Shown here: positions 25,053 to 39,287 of the stretch, in pieces
Layout: every line of letters begins with the position of its first letter
How positions within the stretch are numbered: position 1 is the stretch's first letter
Program-made: the position numbers and the translations under genes
Source of the DNA: Amoeboaphelidium protococcarum X5
Taxonomy: Eukaryota > Fungi > Aphelidiomycota
Direction: 5' to 3'
Length of the DNA stretch: 43,874 bases
Assembly: GCA_023515725.1 (NCBI GenBank)
Contig: JALDTO010000215.1
Coordinates: 711,902-755,775 of the forward strand
The notes under the pieces: model-generated
Database searches by the model: none
Told to the model about the DNA's origin: nothing
Seen by the model: only the letters and a program-made list of their open reading frames with translations

Positions 25053-25550
25053 TCATCGACGTTTACCTCTTTTACTCTTACTCTTTCCCTTTGACTTGTT
25101 CTTGTTCTGTTGAGTTTAATTGAGAGAGCCAGAAGAACCTTGTTGAGCAGAGCGCGCGTTTTCTTCACCGTCTTTTTATGAAGATGGGCCACTATTGTTA
25201 TTATTGATATTTTACTGCAGGGACATCGCCTTGGTCATTAGTGCTTCATATTTTGACAATTCGCTCTTCTACCGCAGTCTATATTTTAACACTCGAACAT
25301 CATTAGTGGCCCTCAACTTTATTCTGCCATTGACATATCTAATATTTGAACAGAGTCGTGTCTACACAAGGAAACGGGTATAGTAAGATGAATTGCCATG
25401 ATGTATATATACCAACAAAGTACTTACCCTGATGGGATCTTCTTTAATCAACTATAAAACTGCTTCTTCAAATAAATCAAACTTGGTAAATCTTGTGGAG
25501 TTAGAATGTCGCGTCTTGACCTATTATTAAGATGCTTAATCTGATGACAT
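25053..25550 (-). CDS. SRP9: Signal recognition particle 9/21 kDa protein, 143 aa; intron 25362-25427
   Basis: FTKFDLFEEAVLQLIKEDPIR|TRLCSNIRYVNGRIKLRATNDVRVLKYR follows the SRP9 pattern (F...L...DP...R...R...G...K.TDD...L.Y); basic tail KGKSKSKRGKRR*; absent from the ORF track. Confidence 0.8.
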
Positions 25551-25970
25551 TTTAAGTCAGCCTTTTCCGATGTTTTTATTATTGGTGATCGATCACACAG
25601 AACGATTTAGGAAGTAGTGATGAAGCACAGACAGACAAGACGGCGGACAAGAGTATGAAGAGCACCGGGAGGAAAGAGTAAAGAAGGATCTTCGGTCAAT
25701 CAAGTCGAGCGATCAATTTTCATTTTGAGAACGCGCGATTGGTCCCAAGCTGAAGAAAGTCGAAAGAAAAGAGAAAAGATTGGCACTTGTCAACAACGTT
25801 CATTTGAACTTCTCTGGATCTCTCGCTTTCTCTTTTAAATCTTTGTTACTTTGAAAGAGCAGAACGACCGTGTGTTAATGCTTAAACTCAAGTACAAAGC
25901 TTAATTATAATATTTGTCTTCATTATCATCAAAGTCTAGTAGGAATAGAATTATATTATTTAGAAGAATT

Positions 25971-28133
<2,163 letters not shown>

Positions 28134-28247
28134 ACTCTTAATAATTATATAGTAGCCGCCTACCACGATATTTAATTGTTTTTTCTTAAATTCGTATTAC
28201 TTTTGCTTGTTGTAGTGTTCCCCTAATTGAGAGAATATAAATTTATC

Positions 28248-28568
28248 ATGTCAGTGTAAGTGTTGTATTTTGCCGCGTTGAAGGATCTGACGCGTCCTCA
28301 GAGTGATGGTAAAGACGTTGTGGAATTAAATGTATTTGAGACTTCAACGCTGGGTAAATTGGTTTAGTATCTGGTGGATGTTAAATATACAGATCAAAGT
28401 TAGAGGCTTCTGGAAATGTTTTAATCTTGCATGGTGGCCGTGAATTGCGAATATGTAGATGGTACTGCGTTATAAATTTATAAGAATGGGGAATCTATAC
28501 CGTCATCCTGTATATAATTGAAAAAAAATGATGAGATTGCCTTTATAATGCCTGTGAGTGGAGGTTGA
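28248..28568 (+). CDS. MOCS2A: Molybdopterin synthase sulfur-carrier subunit (MoaD/ThiS fold), 106 aa
   Basis: MSVQVLYFAALKDL...MVAVNCEYV...DEIAFIMPVSGG followed directly by TGA; absent from the ORF track. Confidence 0.9.
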
Positions 28569-28612
28569 AATATTAAAATGATTTACATCTTTTTTAATTT
28601 ACAAAATAAGGT

Positions 28613-29431
28613 TCACTAAACTTTACTCTTGAGCATAGAGTCAATCACTTCTTTCACATCTTTAGGAATGTCTTGTTCGTGATACTCATCCACATTGCGG
28701 TAACTATTAATCTGGCCCTGACACTTGGGATGTCCACAAGCACATTCAAATGACCACAACGGATCCCAGTACCATTTGGTTGACACGTCGCCGTACTTTA
28801 GTTGGACTTCATGTCCCGGCTCGCCATCACTATTACCAGACTTATTGTACAGGAATGTCAACTCTTCACCGGCCTTGACAGGACGTATGGTCAACACATA
28901 GAAGTCGTCAGTGATCACACAGTTTGGCACACAGGAGTGATTGCAGTAACGAGCATTTGTTATGGGGAGAAGCCAGAGCCATCCTTCAGCGTCTAGTGGA
29001 TGCTCCGCGTATCTCTTCTGACCATGTTCAGTGGTCTACCCATAAACGCTCTCATATTTTGGTGGATCATAAATGTTCAACACATAACGACGATCATAGT
29101 CTGTAAGTTTCGGATCAGTGTATGCAACCAGCGGGCCAGCGAACCGCTACATTCGAGTCAACGCAGGTACATCTTCAGTACTGACCAATTTCAGACCACC
29201 ATACGACGTAGGTTCAACAGTTGATGGAAACAGCTCTTCCAAATCATATGGTCGCTTCTCAAACACTGTCGCCTCGTTCAAGTCACTGGAATTCATAGTC
29301 TCCACTCTTTTCCATGTCTAGGAGTCTTGCGGGATACTCTCTAATCCCAGAACTGACCATGATTTCTTTGGTTACTTGCTAGCTGGTGGTTCCTAAATCT
29401 CAGCAGAATTCTAGATTGTTGGCATTGTCAT
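28613..29431 (-). CDS. Stand-alone SET-domain methyltransferase with post-SET motif, 272 aa
   Basis: ARYCNHSCVPNC, RPVKAGEELTFLY, post-SET FECACGHPKCQG. Confidence 0.88.
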
Positions 29432-29673
29432 GCTTAATACTCAATTCAACCAGTTATCAACTAGAATTAGCTGGAGGATTAAGCTTTTTAGCCAGCGAGC
29501 GAACGGTGTTTCGACCTGGCGCGTTCGTGTCGCGTCTGAGCGAGGTTAAGGATTGATTTGAAGCTGAAACAGTACAGTTTATGGGTTCAAAGAGACTAAC
29601 GAAACAGTAAATAAATTGAAATAAACTATATACTCATCATTCAACAATTTTCATATCCACTAAATCATTTATT

Positions 29674-32670
29674 TCACTGCTAATCATCATAGGCTGGCGC
29701 TGGATCATTGAATCCCTGTTCAGCAAATGAGCCACCTTTCTCCATAGAACTTCGGCGATCGTAACGGCTGCCTGAGAACGATTGACGACCAGCAGCATTA
29801 TTATCGGCAGAAGGTGTCTGATCATTATCATCAAATGGAGCACTGTCCACCATTGGAGCAGAAGCCTGAATATTATCAAACATTGGAGCATCAGACTACT
29901 TCTTACCAGAATCCTTCTTGCCTTCACTCTTGGCGAATAGATCATCTTCGGACGCGCCATACGCCATGTAGGAAACTCTCTTCTTCAGAATCATTGTCGT
30001 GATGAAGCCAAAGACCAAGAATATTCCCAAAAGTAAATTGTCCAGCCAAAAACCAGACAACGTGTTGTTAGCATTCTGACAAGTGGCATCAACCATAAAC
30101 TGAATAGCCTCGGCCACAGGTTTACACTCGCCAAACTTTGGATCAGGATTACTTACAAAGAGATTATTGATCAACGAGCTTACTGCAGAGGATGCCAATG
30201 TCAACAAGTAGTTTTACACCCAAGTAGCAAAGTCATCTAATGCAGATTGCAGTTGGTTAGCCAAGTTCTTGACAACATTCAATGTGGACACTGCCAAATT
30301 TACCAATCCACTAACAGAGTCAGCCATGCTACGGATCGTGGCATACGCTTGCTCACTTTATGCAACCTGATTATTTTGCACAACCTTTATGTCATTTACT
30401 AGCGTAGTCACATTACTCTACAATTTGCTAATAGCCTGATTAGCTTGTCTGATAAACAAAACACGCCAATATGCATCATAGTAATCCGCAGTCAATAAAT
30501 TGTTGTTAGGATCTGATGGGCTACCAGTAACAACGGTTGGATCAAATGTGTTATCATTGGCATCAACTTTGTTCACAGCCAAAAATCCAAAAGTGTAATT
30601 AGTCCAGGATGAATTAACTGACAATGCACGGCTGTTGAACGCGTCCAATTTCTGCTACATGACAACTGCATTACCTTAATCAGCGGAGAAAGACGCAGCA
30701 GTCAGACCTTGCGCAGTATTATTAGCACCGTTCAAGGTATTATCAATACTGGTAGTGTTCACCAAAGTGGGAAAATCAAACTTGCTAGCATTGAAATTAG
30801 CAAAACTGGTGTTAACGGAACCAACTTATCCAGAGATATTCAAGCCAGAAACCAAACCGGATACATTAAGCGCCGACACTGATTTAGTCATGGCATCAAG
30901 TTAGCTAGCTCCAATCTAATTCAAAACTTTAATGGCATTGTCATCCTTAGAGTTAATAGAAGCATTGAACAGAGTATTCCCCTTGCGACAGCTATCCAAG
31001 AACAGTTAAGGATTAAAGCCAACAGTGACATTCTACAGGAATGAGGCATTAAAGTTCGCGTTGAACTCTGCACCAGTGTAGTCATGATTCAATAGTACGG
31101 GGATTGCATCACAAGCGACATTCAGTGGAGCACTTACAATGTAGAAGATGGAGTACTGCAGCCACACTATAGATGACATTAGAAGTACTGCCACTGGAAA
31201 AGTTATCATAAACGCCGGTCTCTTAGCAAAGGCACACATCTTGGTCAGTATCAGTGGAATCAGAATAATCGCCGCCTCAATGCCAAAAACCAATGCTCCA
31301 TACTATTTATAGTAGAAAGAAGCATCATCAAACGCAGAAGATGCCTGGCTTTGTATATTCTAAGCTGATACAGAAAAATCCGCTTAAGACTGATTGAAAG
31401 CACTGACTGAGCTATTCAGAGAGGCTCTCAATTAAGGAACAGTGGAATTGATCAGCGGCAGTATCTGCGCAGTGAAATTACTAGTCAGATTCGAGAAGGT
31501 GTTCGATATCTGATTCGAAGTATTCCTCACATCAACACCTTGGATCTGCTAGATAAAATCTGTAATGTTAGGCAGATTATTAAAGTCAGGCAAAGTGACA
31601 CTTCTTAGCGGACCAGATGATGGGAAATTAGGTACTGTCCAGTTGGTACCATTGAATTAGACAACTGACAACGCGTCCAATTAATCAGCAAAGCCATTAA
31701 AAGTTGCAGGTAGAGAGGAAACATTGGCTTTCAGGCTATCCAACTATGCCTACGTCTGATTAAGCTTAACGACAGCATTATCCAGATTAGATGCGATAGT
31801 GTTTAAATTAAAGGTGATGTTGTTCACCAGCAATGCCACACTCTGATTCAATTTAGTTGCCAAAGGTCCATTGCTCGCAGACATGTTGTACAGAATATTG
31901 GTCAAAGTATCCGCCGCAACATTAGGGGCATTAGCAATACCATTCAAGGAGTTGTTAACAAAAAGAGCAGCGTCCACAGTCAGAGCAGTGGTTCCCTGTT
32001 TGAATTGACCAATCGTGAAAGTCACATCATTAGAGAGAGCAATAAGTAGTGATGCAAAGGCAATGTTAAGGACTGCAAAAGCTCCAAAAGCACCAAATGA
32101 GATCTGAATCTCACGAAGACTATAGCCGCCTTTCTTTACATTCTTACCACCACAAGTATTGCAGCAGACACGCAAGATACAGAAGCCAATTATACCAACC
32201 GGCACCAGAACAGCCATAACGAAACCAATGAGTACAGCTTTGATAGCATTTCCAAAATACGGATCATTAAGTATGAGTTAAGCGCTATCGCCACTCACTC
32301 CAGTCTGAGGCAACTTGCCAATGAAGCTATTCTGGCTCACATTGCGGACATACATAATCATCGCTGTCAAGTCAGCAGGACGTTGAAAGCCAATGTAACT
32401 TAGCTAGATTTAACGTGCACCACGCCCCAAATACGTTGTGGATCTTCCCTTCAAATCTTGAGCAGATACCACCAGCGATCCAACATCAGTAGGCACATTC
32501 TCAGTAAAAGGTATTGCTGAGGCAGATCTCTTGAACAGGTGTCCAGCATTGTATTACTGAAATCGGTAGTTACCAGCATTTGGCACAGCCATGGCATAAT
32601 TTTATACTCCCAGCGAGATTGAGGCAAGCAACAGGCAAACATAGTTGATCGAATCGTACGAAATCAACAT
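29674..32670 (-). CDS. Prominin-like multi-pass membrane glycoprotein, 998 aa
   Basis: Signal peptide; TM followed by Cys cluster FCILRVCCNTCGG; two long N-glycosylation-rich loops; late motif CKPVAEAIQFMVDATC...LSGFWL before the last TM; five track ORFs share one frame. Confidence 0.75.
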
Positions 32671-32814
32671 TTTCAAACAATACTTCCAACCCACTAAACT
32701 GCAGTATTTATATATAGGGCGGATAAGATATTGTCTGTTTAGAGTATTAGAGCCTACGTATATTTATTGAGATAAAGTGGTCAAGTTCGGATGCTATGCG
32801 CGGATTGAGCACCC

Positions 32815-32828
32815 GTAGTCATGGTGAC
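32815..32828. promoter_or_regulatory. Possible RFX X-box upstream of the prominin-like gene
   Basis: GTAGTCATGGTGAC fits the degenerate consensus RTHNYYWTRRNRAC and lies ~145 bp upstream of the ATG at 32670; a chance match is possible. Confidence 0.25.
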
Positions 32829-32976
32829 AACGGTTATCTGGTGGAGCTCATCGGCGATTGGCTCCGTCATAAAGCGCCTGTCGTTGCCAAGTGTAGCTCT
32901 GGTTATACAAGGAAGTGGCAAATGGAGAAATAAAACAAATTAAAATACGGTAGAGATGTAACTTTATTATATAGAA

Positions 32977-33319
32977 TCACTCAGTAGCAGCAGTAGCTCT
33001 GGTGTAGATCACCAAACTGTGATGCTTACTCACACACTTGATGAGACCTTATGCTTCCAAGTACTCCAATGCCCTTCTGGCAACACTACCGTTGACGCGC
33101 AGACGATCAACAAGAACTGATGGGGTGATCAACTTTGCAGTTGGAATATCCTTCATCAGCTTATCCATGGTGTTCTTGTCCATGGTGACGGCGTTATTAG
33201 CCTTGTCCTTGGTCTTTCCCTTACTCCACTTCTTTTTCTTTGCTCCAGCCTACATAATCAATCAATCATTCAATAAATAATAATCTTAGTCATAATTATG
33301 CGCAATGATCGCTTACCAT
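32977..33319 (-). CDS. RPS25: 40S ribosomal protein S25 (eS25); intron 33250-33316 directly after the ATG
   Basis: M|[21 protein letters not shown]...[23 protein letters not shown]...IYTRAT; GTAAGC...TAG intron. Confidence 0.95.
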
Positions 33320-33400
33320 TTTATATATCTGTTATTAATCAAGTATATAGATACTTTTCGAGTGATGAGGTGGGTGCCGCCTGAAGGATCTCAAAGGCTG

Positions 33401-33723
33401 CGCAAAGCAAATCGAGCAACCTTAATCAACCTAAAGGGCGATACGCTTGGATCACGCGGCGACTGGATTTGAAAATGTGACAAAAGGCAAAATGATGGCA
33501 GCCACCACTGTTCTTCCCTTCAAACATATTATTCGCGTTGCTTGTGCTGAGCACACTCTATTCAGTAGTGGCGAGCTGGCATTACTTTGCGATAGATTAA
33601 TGGATCGTGGTCACATAATAACATTTTCGAATGTAATGTTTACCACCTTTCTCCATATTCTGTATCCTTCGCTAAGCCACTCTGTGGCCGTGAGTGTTGG
33701 GAGAAACCATGGAGAATATATTA
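33401..33723 (+). ncRNA. Probable U17/snR30 box H/ACA snoRNA (5' boundary uncertain; core 33594-33723)
   Basis: 3' hairpin closed by TTCTCC/GGAGAA, carrying m1-like ATATTC (33655-33660) and m2 AAACCAT (33704-33710); ACA-like ATA box 7 nt after m2; H box AGATTA at 33594; internal hairpin with TTCG loop. Confidence 0.6.
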
Positions 33724-34164
33724 TTGTCGTTTACTATATTAAAACCTGATAATTTTTGCAATTTTTTAATATCAATTGCTTGGAACGATTTACCGGCGAG
33801 TCTTGATATGTTCAATGTCTTTATTATTTCCTTACTCCATGCTCTGTCATTCAAATTAATGATGGTAAAATGAGTTCCGTGAAGTATAAACGTTCCAATG
33901 ATGAATTACGTATGAATAAGTTTTCAGAAGAGAATAAGCGTTCAACTAAATCACCTTCATAATGTATTGGACGCGATTTTACCAAAGGTTTTTTATCCAA
34001 ATAATATTAAAAAAATGTTCGCCAAGTAAGTCACAACTCTAATTGGCAAGACGATATTCAGAATAATTAGTGTGGAAACCAGGCAACTACAGATTTTAGA
34101 ATGGTTGAATGTTATTATTGAAACTCTAGACTCACCGCTCAGTTGAGTGCCGATTCACTACTTA

Positions 34165-36153
34165 TCAATTTGGCACTTTAAGAGGGGCATTGCTCAACAA
34201 CTTTGACCAGTTCATAGCTCTAGAATCTACAGAACCACCGTGCCTCAAAACTTCGTCGCGCAATAACCTTCCATTCATTTCCCATTAACCTATACTTGAG
34301 TTTTATGATGCAAAGAGCGATTAAAAAATCTAGTGAGCCAGAGTCCTGCTCCAGAGGTATGAGTAATATCCGGCTCCATAAGTGAAGAGATGTGTGAAGC
34401 TAGTCTCAGGGCCAGCTAACCGTGACGAAGATCTACCATTTCGAGACAGATTATTACCACCATAGAACTACTGCCACGTAGCTTAGTAAATAGAGGTAGT
34501 GTCCAACGTCAATGATTGCTCTTATGTCAATTCGTAATAATTTTGATCGAGCGCAGAGTAAAATAACTAAGATTTTAATTCAGAAGTAGCTTCCTTGGAG
34601 GACATGTATCCATACATGCCTTGTTATGACATTGCACGCGTTTACTACAAACTCCCGTCATCGAAGTTAAGTTGTGAATTCTATAGCTGTGCATAAAAGA
34701 TGGGTGAATTGACAAAGTACTCCATCAGAATAGATGGCATCTCGACAAAGTCCAATGCGCATCTGGAGCCGGCGACATGTTAATAATCAGTACGCGCCGC
34801 TATTGAATGCATTGCATGTCCCATCTCGTGTGCCAGAGTGACTATATTAGGCCATGTGAGGCGCGCCGGTCCATCAGTGGACTTTTCAAAGTTACAAACC
34901 AGCGTCAGGATTGGCAATTGTTTAAGGCCCACTCCTTATTACCATTTCAATCCTTCTGTCTCAAAGTCCGCTCTTAAGTCAGGACGGTAATGATCAAGAT
35001 CATTTTTCTATATCAATCGTGAACACCGGACAGTAAATTGGGATGGATGATTGATCTTGTCGACTTGATTATCACCGCTCAATCTCCGGCTAAATAGATC
35101 AAAGTAAATTGAGCCAACTTTAGCGTCACAATCAACATCAATAACGTCAGCCTTGATCACATCCTCATGCCAAGATTCGCCTGTAAACATTTCAGCAGGT
35201 CTGATAGCATAGCCATAAAGTAACTGAAACAGCGATGAAAGACTCTGCATGACATCTCCAATCTAGTAGGTACCATGGATCACGGGTCTCCGATGATGTA
35301 GCCCAATGTCGCGTCCATGCTCTCTTGTCACTCTGTCTAGAAATCTCTTAACTGTTTTCTTATTACCGGCCATTTTATCTTTCAGGTACAACTCAGAGTA
35401 GCTTTCATGATCCAGTAGATGAGCAATCTCGGACCTCAGCACAATGATATCATGAAGCATTTGAGATCTGGGATGCATGTGTTTTCGCCTAGGACGCTTA
35501 TATTAAGGAAGAGTATCTGACAAGGATGTGAATGCATGTCCAACCACATTTAATGCATTTGATAATTCAACAAATTTTTATCTCTTTTATGAAGACATTC
35601 GAACTCCACTCTTTTCAAAGTCATTAAGTAATAGCGCAGAAACTCTACTCGCGTCTGGATCTCGAACGGAACCAGATGATTGAGCCTACTTCAGAGCATT
35701 ATATAGGCCTTGATGTGTATTGAGATCATTTATTAGTGCACCTAAGATATTATAGCATTGATCAGCAGCATGGGTCCATTCAGGATCTGGATGAACATTT
35801 CTAATCAACTCGGCAGGATCAATGATGGAGCATATCATGTCAGAGAGTAAATCCATCTACCTAGGTACATTATGATACTAGTCTGGACGCGTTTACACTA
35901 TTTAATCGACTAGTTATAGAGATCGCTATAAAGTGCCACTTGCTTCACTGATCATGCGTTAACATGAAGTAAGATTAGACATTTTGAATAAGCCGCATCG
36001 TCCACTTTGACCAAGATAACGAGACCTATAATACGAAGAATCATTAAACACCCTCTTCAATTCTGATGATTATCCACTTTATAACTACGCGTAATATCGG
36101 CGATCTGCCTTAATGCATAGCTATTATACTCTTTAAGCTAGCCGCAAATTCAT
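34165..36153 (-). CDS. MIPEP: Mitochondrial intermediate peptidase (M3A, Oct1/MIPEP), 662 aa
   Basis: [57 protein letters not shown] (HEXXH), [25 protein letters not shown]. Confidence 0.92.
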
Positions 36154-36290
36154 CAGCGTGCAATTGCGATCAATTCACTTTCAAAAGGAGTGATAAAAAT
36201 ATCAGCCTAGTTTCTTAATTTCTCTCACGATAAATCAGATTCGTCACTTTAAGAAAATACTGAAAAAATAGTCAAGTGAAACGATACAGA

Positions 36291-36988
36291 ATGGAGAGTC
36301 AAGATATTAACAGTTAGAGGTATTAATCATAATTTCTTGATTGATATATATGTATATTTGAAATCTAACGTAAGGTAGTAGTAATATTGAGCGATTCACC
36401 AATTTTAGATTACAATCATAGCAACACTAGAGAATGGATAGCGCGTCATCAAACCAGTATTACGGAGATGATGAAGCTGATCCACAAGACGATGTGCTGT
36501 AGAGTATGGATAGCGCTTCATCAATTGAACTGGATATAATAAATACTAATCTGATGAATGGCCTAATTAATAACAAATAAGGCTCAGACTCTGACAGCTT
36601 GAGTTCAATCTAAGTGAAATAATCGCAATTGAAAGAACAGAAAGAGCCATTTTAGTTGAAACTGCCCGACCTGTCCTCAGGGAGAGTTAATAACAACAAC
36701 AAGTTATAATCTGGTTAACTGACTTAAATTCATCATGATAGAAAGAATAGTACAGCTGACAGTTAATTATCTTACAGTGGAAGTGACGAGCCGGGATCTG
36801 CGACATCACCATATATTGATAACTGGCGCGCTCAAGTATCTTAAAATAGACCTCGTGATTAAAAGAAGTTGGTTGAGAAGACTGGCGCATCTACAATTTC
36901 AGTCTCTAGGTAGCTTGAGACGCTCTCAATTCAAGAAGATGACATCAACCGCGTATCTCAATTGCAAAATGAAAGAATTCAAAAGTGA
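36291..36988 (+). CDS. Hypothetical low-complexity S/Q/N/D-rich protein (~212 aa); probable intron 36320-36378
   Basis: Exon 1 MESQDINSQ, GTATTA donor, CTAAC branch, TAG acceptor gives an in-frame join; open to TGA at 36986; no known motif. Confidence 0.55.
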
Positions 36989-37406
36989 ATGTATCATACT
37001 CCTCATTACTTGCTCCATTCTCCGCTCATTACTCCTATCCACCGATACTACTGTACATAGATATCAGTTCGGCAATATAAAAAAGACTGTTTCACACGGC
37101 CGAAGTCAAAACTTTATAATCTCAGCTTTGTTTGTTTCTCGTCGCCGAATCTCTCACATCTCCGAAAAGAAACATAACGCCTGTCTCTTTGACTGACCGT
37201 CTGATTGTTCTTCCACAGCCCATTCTGCTATAATTCATTCTCTCTTCTCTGTATTTCCCGATCTCAAACTCGAACGAAGTTGGTCAGTTTTGATTGTTGT
37301 CTCGTTTCATTGTAATAATAATTATAGTCTCATCATCATTGGTCTTGACACTAACATCTGCAATATAATCATCGTCACTAATCATCTTGTTATTACAGTT
37401 AGAATT

Positions 37407-39137
37407 ATGTCGGCAAGTCGTTAGAGTAAAGAGGCCAAGGATGTGCCTAGTGTCAGTGTCCAGGTTGCACAGAAGAATGATAATGCTCGTTCCCCGAATA
37501 GTCCGTCCATTTAGCCGCCCAGTGCCTCACCAAATATTGGCAGTATCCCTACTAATATTGTCAAGGCTTTGCAGCATCAGTCTGTGAATAAGCCCAAGTC
37601 TCCGGCAGAGTTCAAAGTGCACATTACCGAGGATGGAACAAAGTACAGTACGGTGGAGAGAATTTTGAAGGAAGTTCCTGCTCCTGTTGCGTATCTGCCT
37701 ACTGATGAGCAGTTTTACTCTAAACAACGTCCTGGTTATCCTAATCTGGAATTTCTGCGTCAACACTTTATTCATGAAGGTAGATTGACCACGTAGCAGG
37801 CACTATTGATCATTTAGAAGACCACCGAGATCTTGAAGCATGAATCTAATGTTCTTGATGTCGATGCACCTATTACAGTGTGTGGTGATATTCATGGTTA
37901 GTATTTTGATTTGATGAAGCTATTCGATGTTGGTGGTCAGCCTGGGGAGACGAGATATCTATTTCTGGGAGATTATGTCGATAGAGGGTACTATTCTATT
38001 GAATGTATGCTATATCTGTGGGCATTGAAGATGTGGTATCCGTAGTCTATATATCTGCTAAGAGGAAATCATGAGTGCAGACACTTGACTGATTATTTCA
38101 CTTTTAAGCTTGAGGTTAAGCACAAGTACGTTGAAAAGATTTATGAAAGTTGCCTGGAATCTTTTAATGCGCTTCCACTGGCTGCTATAATGAACAAACA
38201 ATTTCTCTGTATTCATGGTGGTCTGTCTCCGGAATTTACCACCATTGATGACTTGAAGAGTATCAATAGATTCAGAGAGCCACCTACTCATGGCTTGATG
38301 TGTGACCTGCTGTGGGCTGATCCTATTGAAGATTTTGGCAATGAGAAGACTAATGAGTTTTTTGTTCATAATCATGTACGAGGCTGTTCGTATTTCTTTA
38401 GTTATCATGCTGCATGTGCATTCATTGAGAAGAATGAACTGCTATCAATTATCCGTGCCCATGAGGCGTAGGATGCTGGCTACAAGATGTATAGAAAGAC
38501 CAAGACGACTGGATTTCCATCGCTTATCACCATCTTCAGTGCTCCCAACTATCTGGATGTGTACAACAATAAGGCGGCCATCTTGAAGTACGAGAATAAT
38601 GTGATGAATATCAGGCAGTTTAACTGCACACCTCATCCGTACTTTTTGCCTAATTTTATGGATGTGTTCACGTGGAGTATGCCGTTTGTATGTGAAAAGA
38701 TTACCGATATGCTGGTCTCAGTACTAAGTATTTGCAGTAAGGAGGAGCTGGAAGAGTTGGAGCAGAGTGCAGCAGATAAAAAGACTGATATCATTCCAGA
38801 GGAGGTTGAGGCTAGACGTAATGTTATCAGGAATAAGATCAAGGCGATTGGCAAGATGGCCAGGGTGTTTAATGTGCTGCGTGACCAGTCTGAGAGTATT
38901 ATGGAGTTGAAGAGTTTGATGGGAACCAAGCAGTTGCCGACTGGTTATCTGGCACTAGGTGCTGAGGGAATCAAGCGCGCTATCACCAATTTTGAGGAGG
39001 CCAAGAAGAGTGATTTGCAGAATGAGAGATTGCCTCCAATGAAGGGAGTAGTAGGAGAAGGTGATGAAGAATAGTCTAATAAGAACGACAGTACGAAACG
39101 CCAATAGTCTGGCGGCTCCTCCAAGTTACTAATATGA
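37407..39137 (+). CDS. CNA1: Calcineurin catalytic subunit A (PP2B), 576 aa
   Basis: [50 protein letters not shown], CaM-binding [14 protein letters not shown], autoinhibitory [16 protein letters not shown]. Confidence 0.97.
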
Positions 39138-39287
39138 ACAGTCAATGTTTGTATAAATATAGTGAGTTTAGACGTTTAATAAATAATGCTGTTAGTTGTA
39201 CAATGTGATTTTAGCTTTGATGTAAAAGAACTTTTATTGTTTTTCTCTCTTTTGATCTTCAACAGTGAACGCGATTATCATAATAGA

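Noticed and set aside
33447-33749. Track ORF of 100 aa (+)
   Set aside because: TTG start and no motif; the region is better explained as a structured H/ACA RNA
33870-34121. 83-codon ATG-TGA frame under the alternative code
   Set aside because: No homology or motif recognisable; the length is unremarkable with a single stop codon
36735-37196. Track ORF of 153 aa (+)
   Set aside because: Overlaps the more plausible 36291-36988 gene in another frame and runs into the calcineurin upstream region
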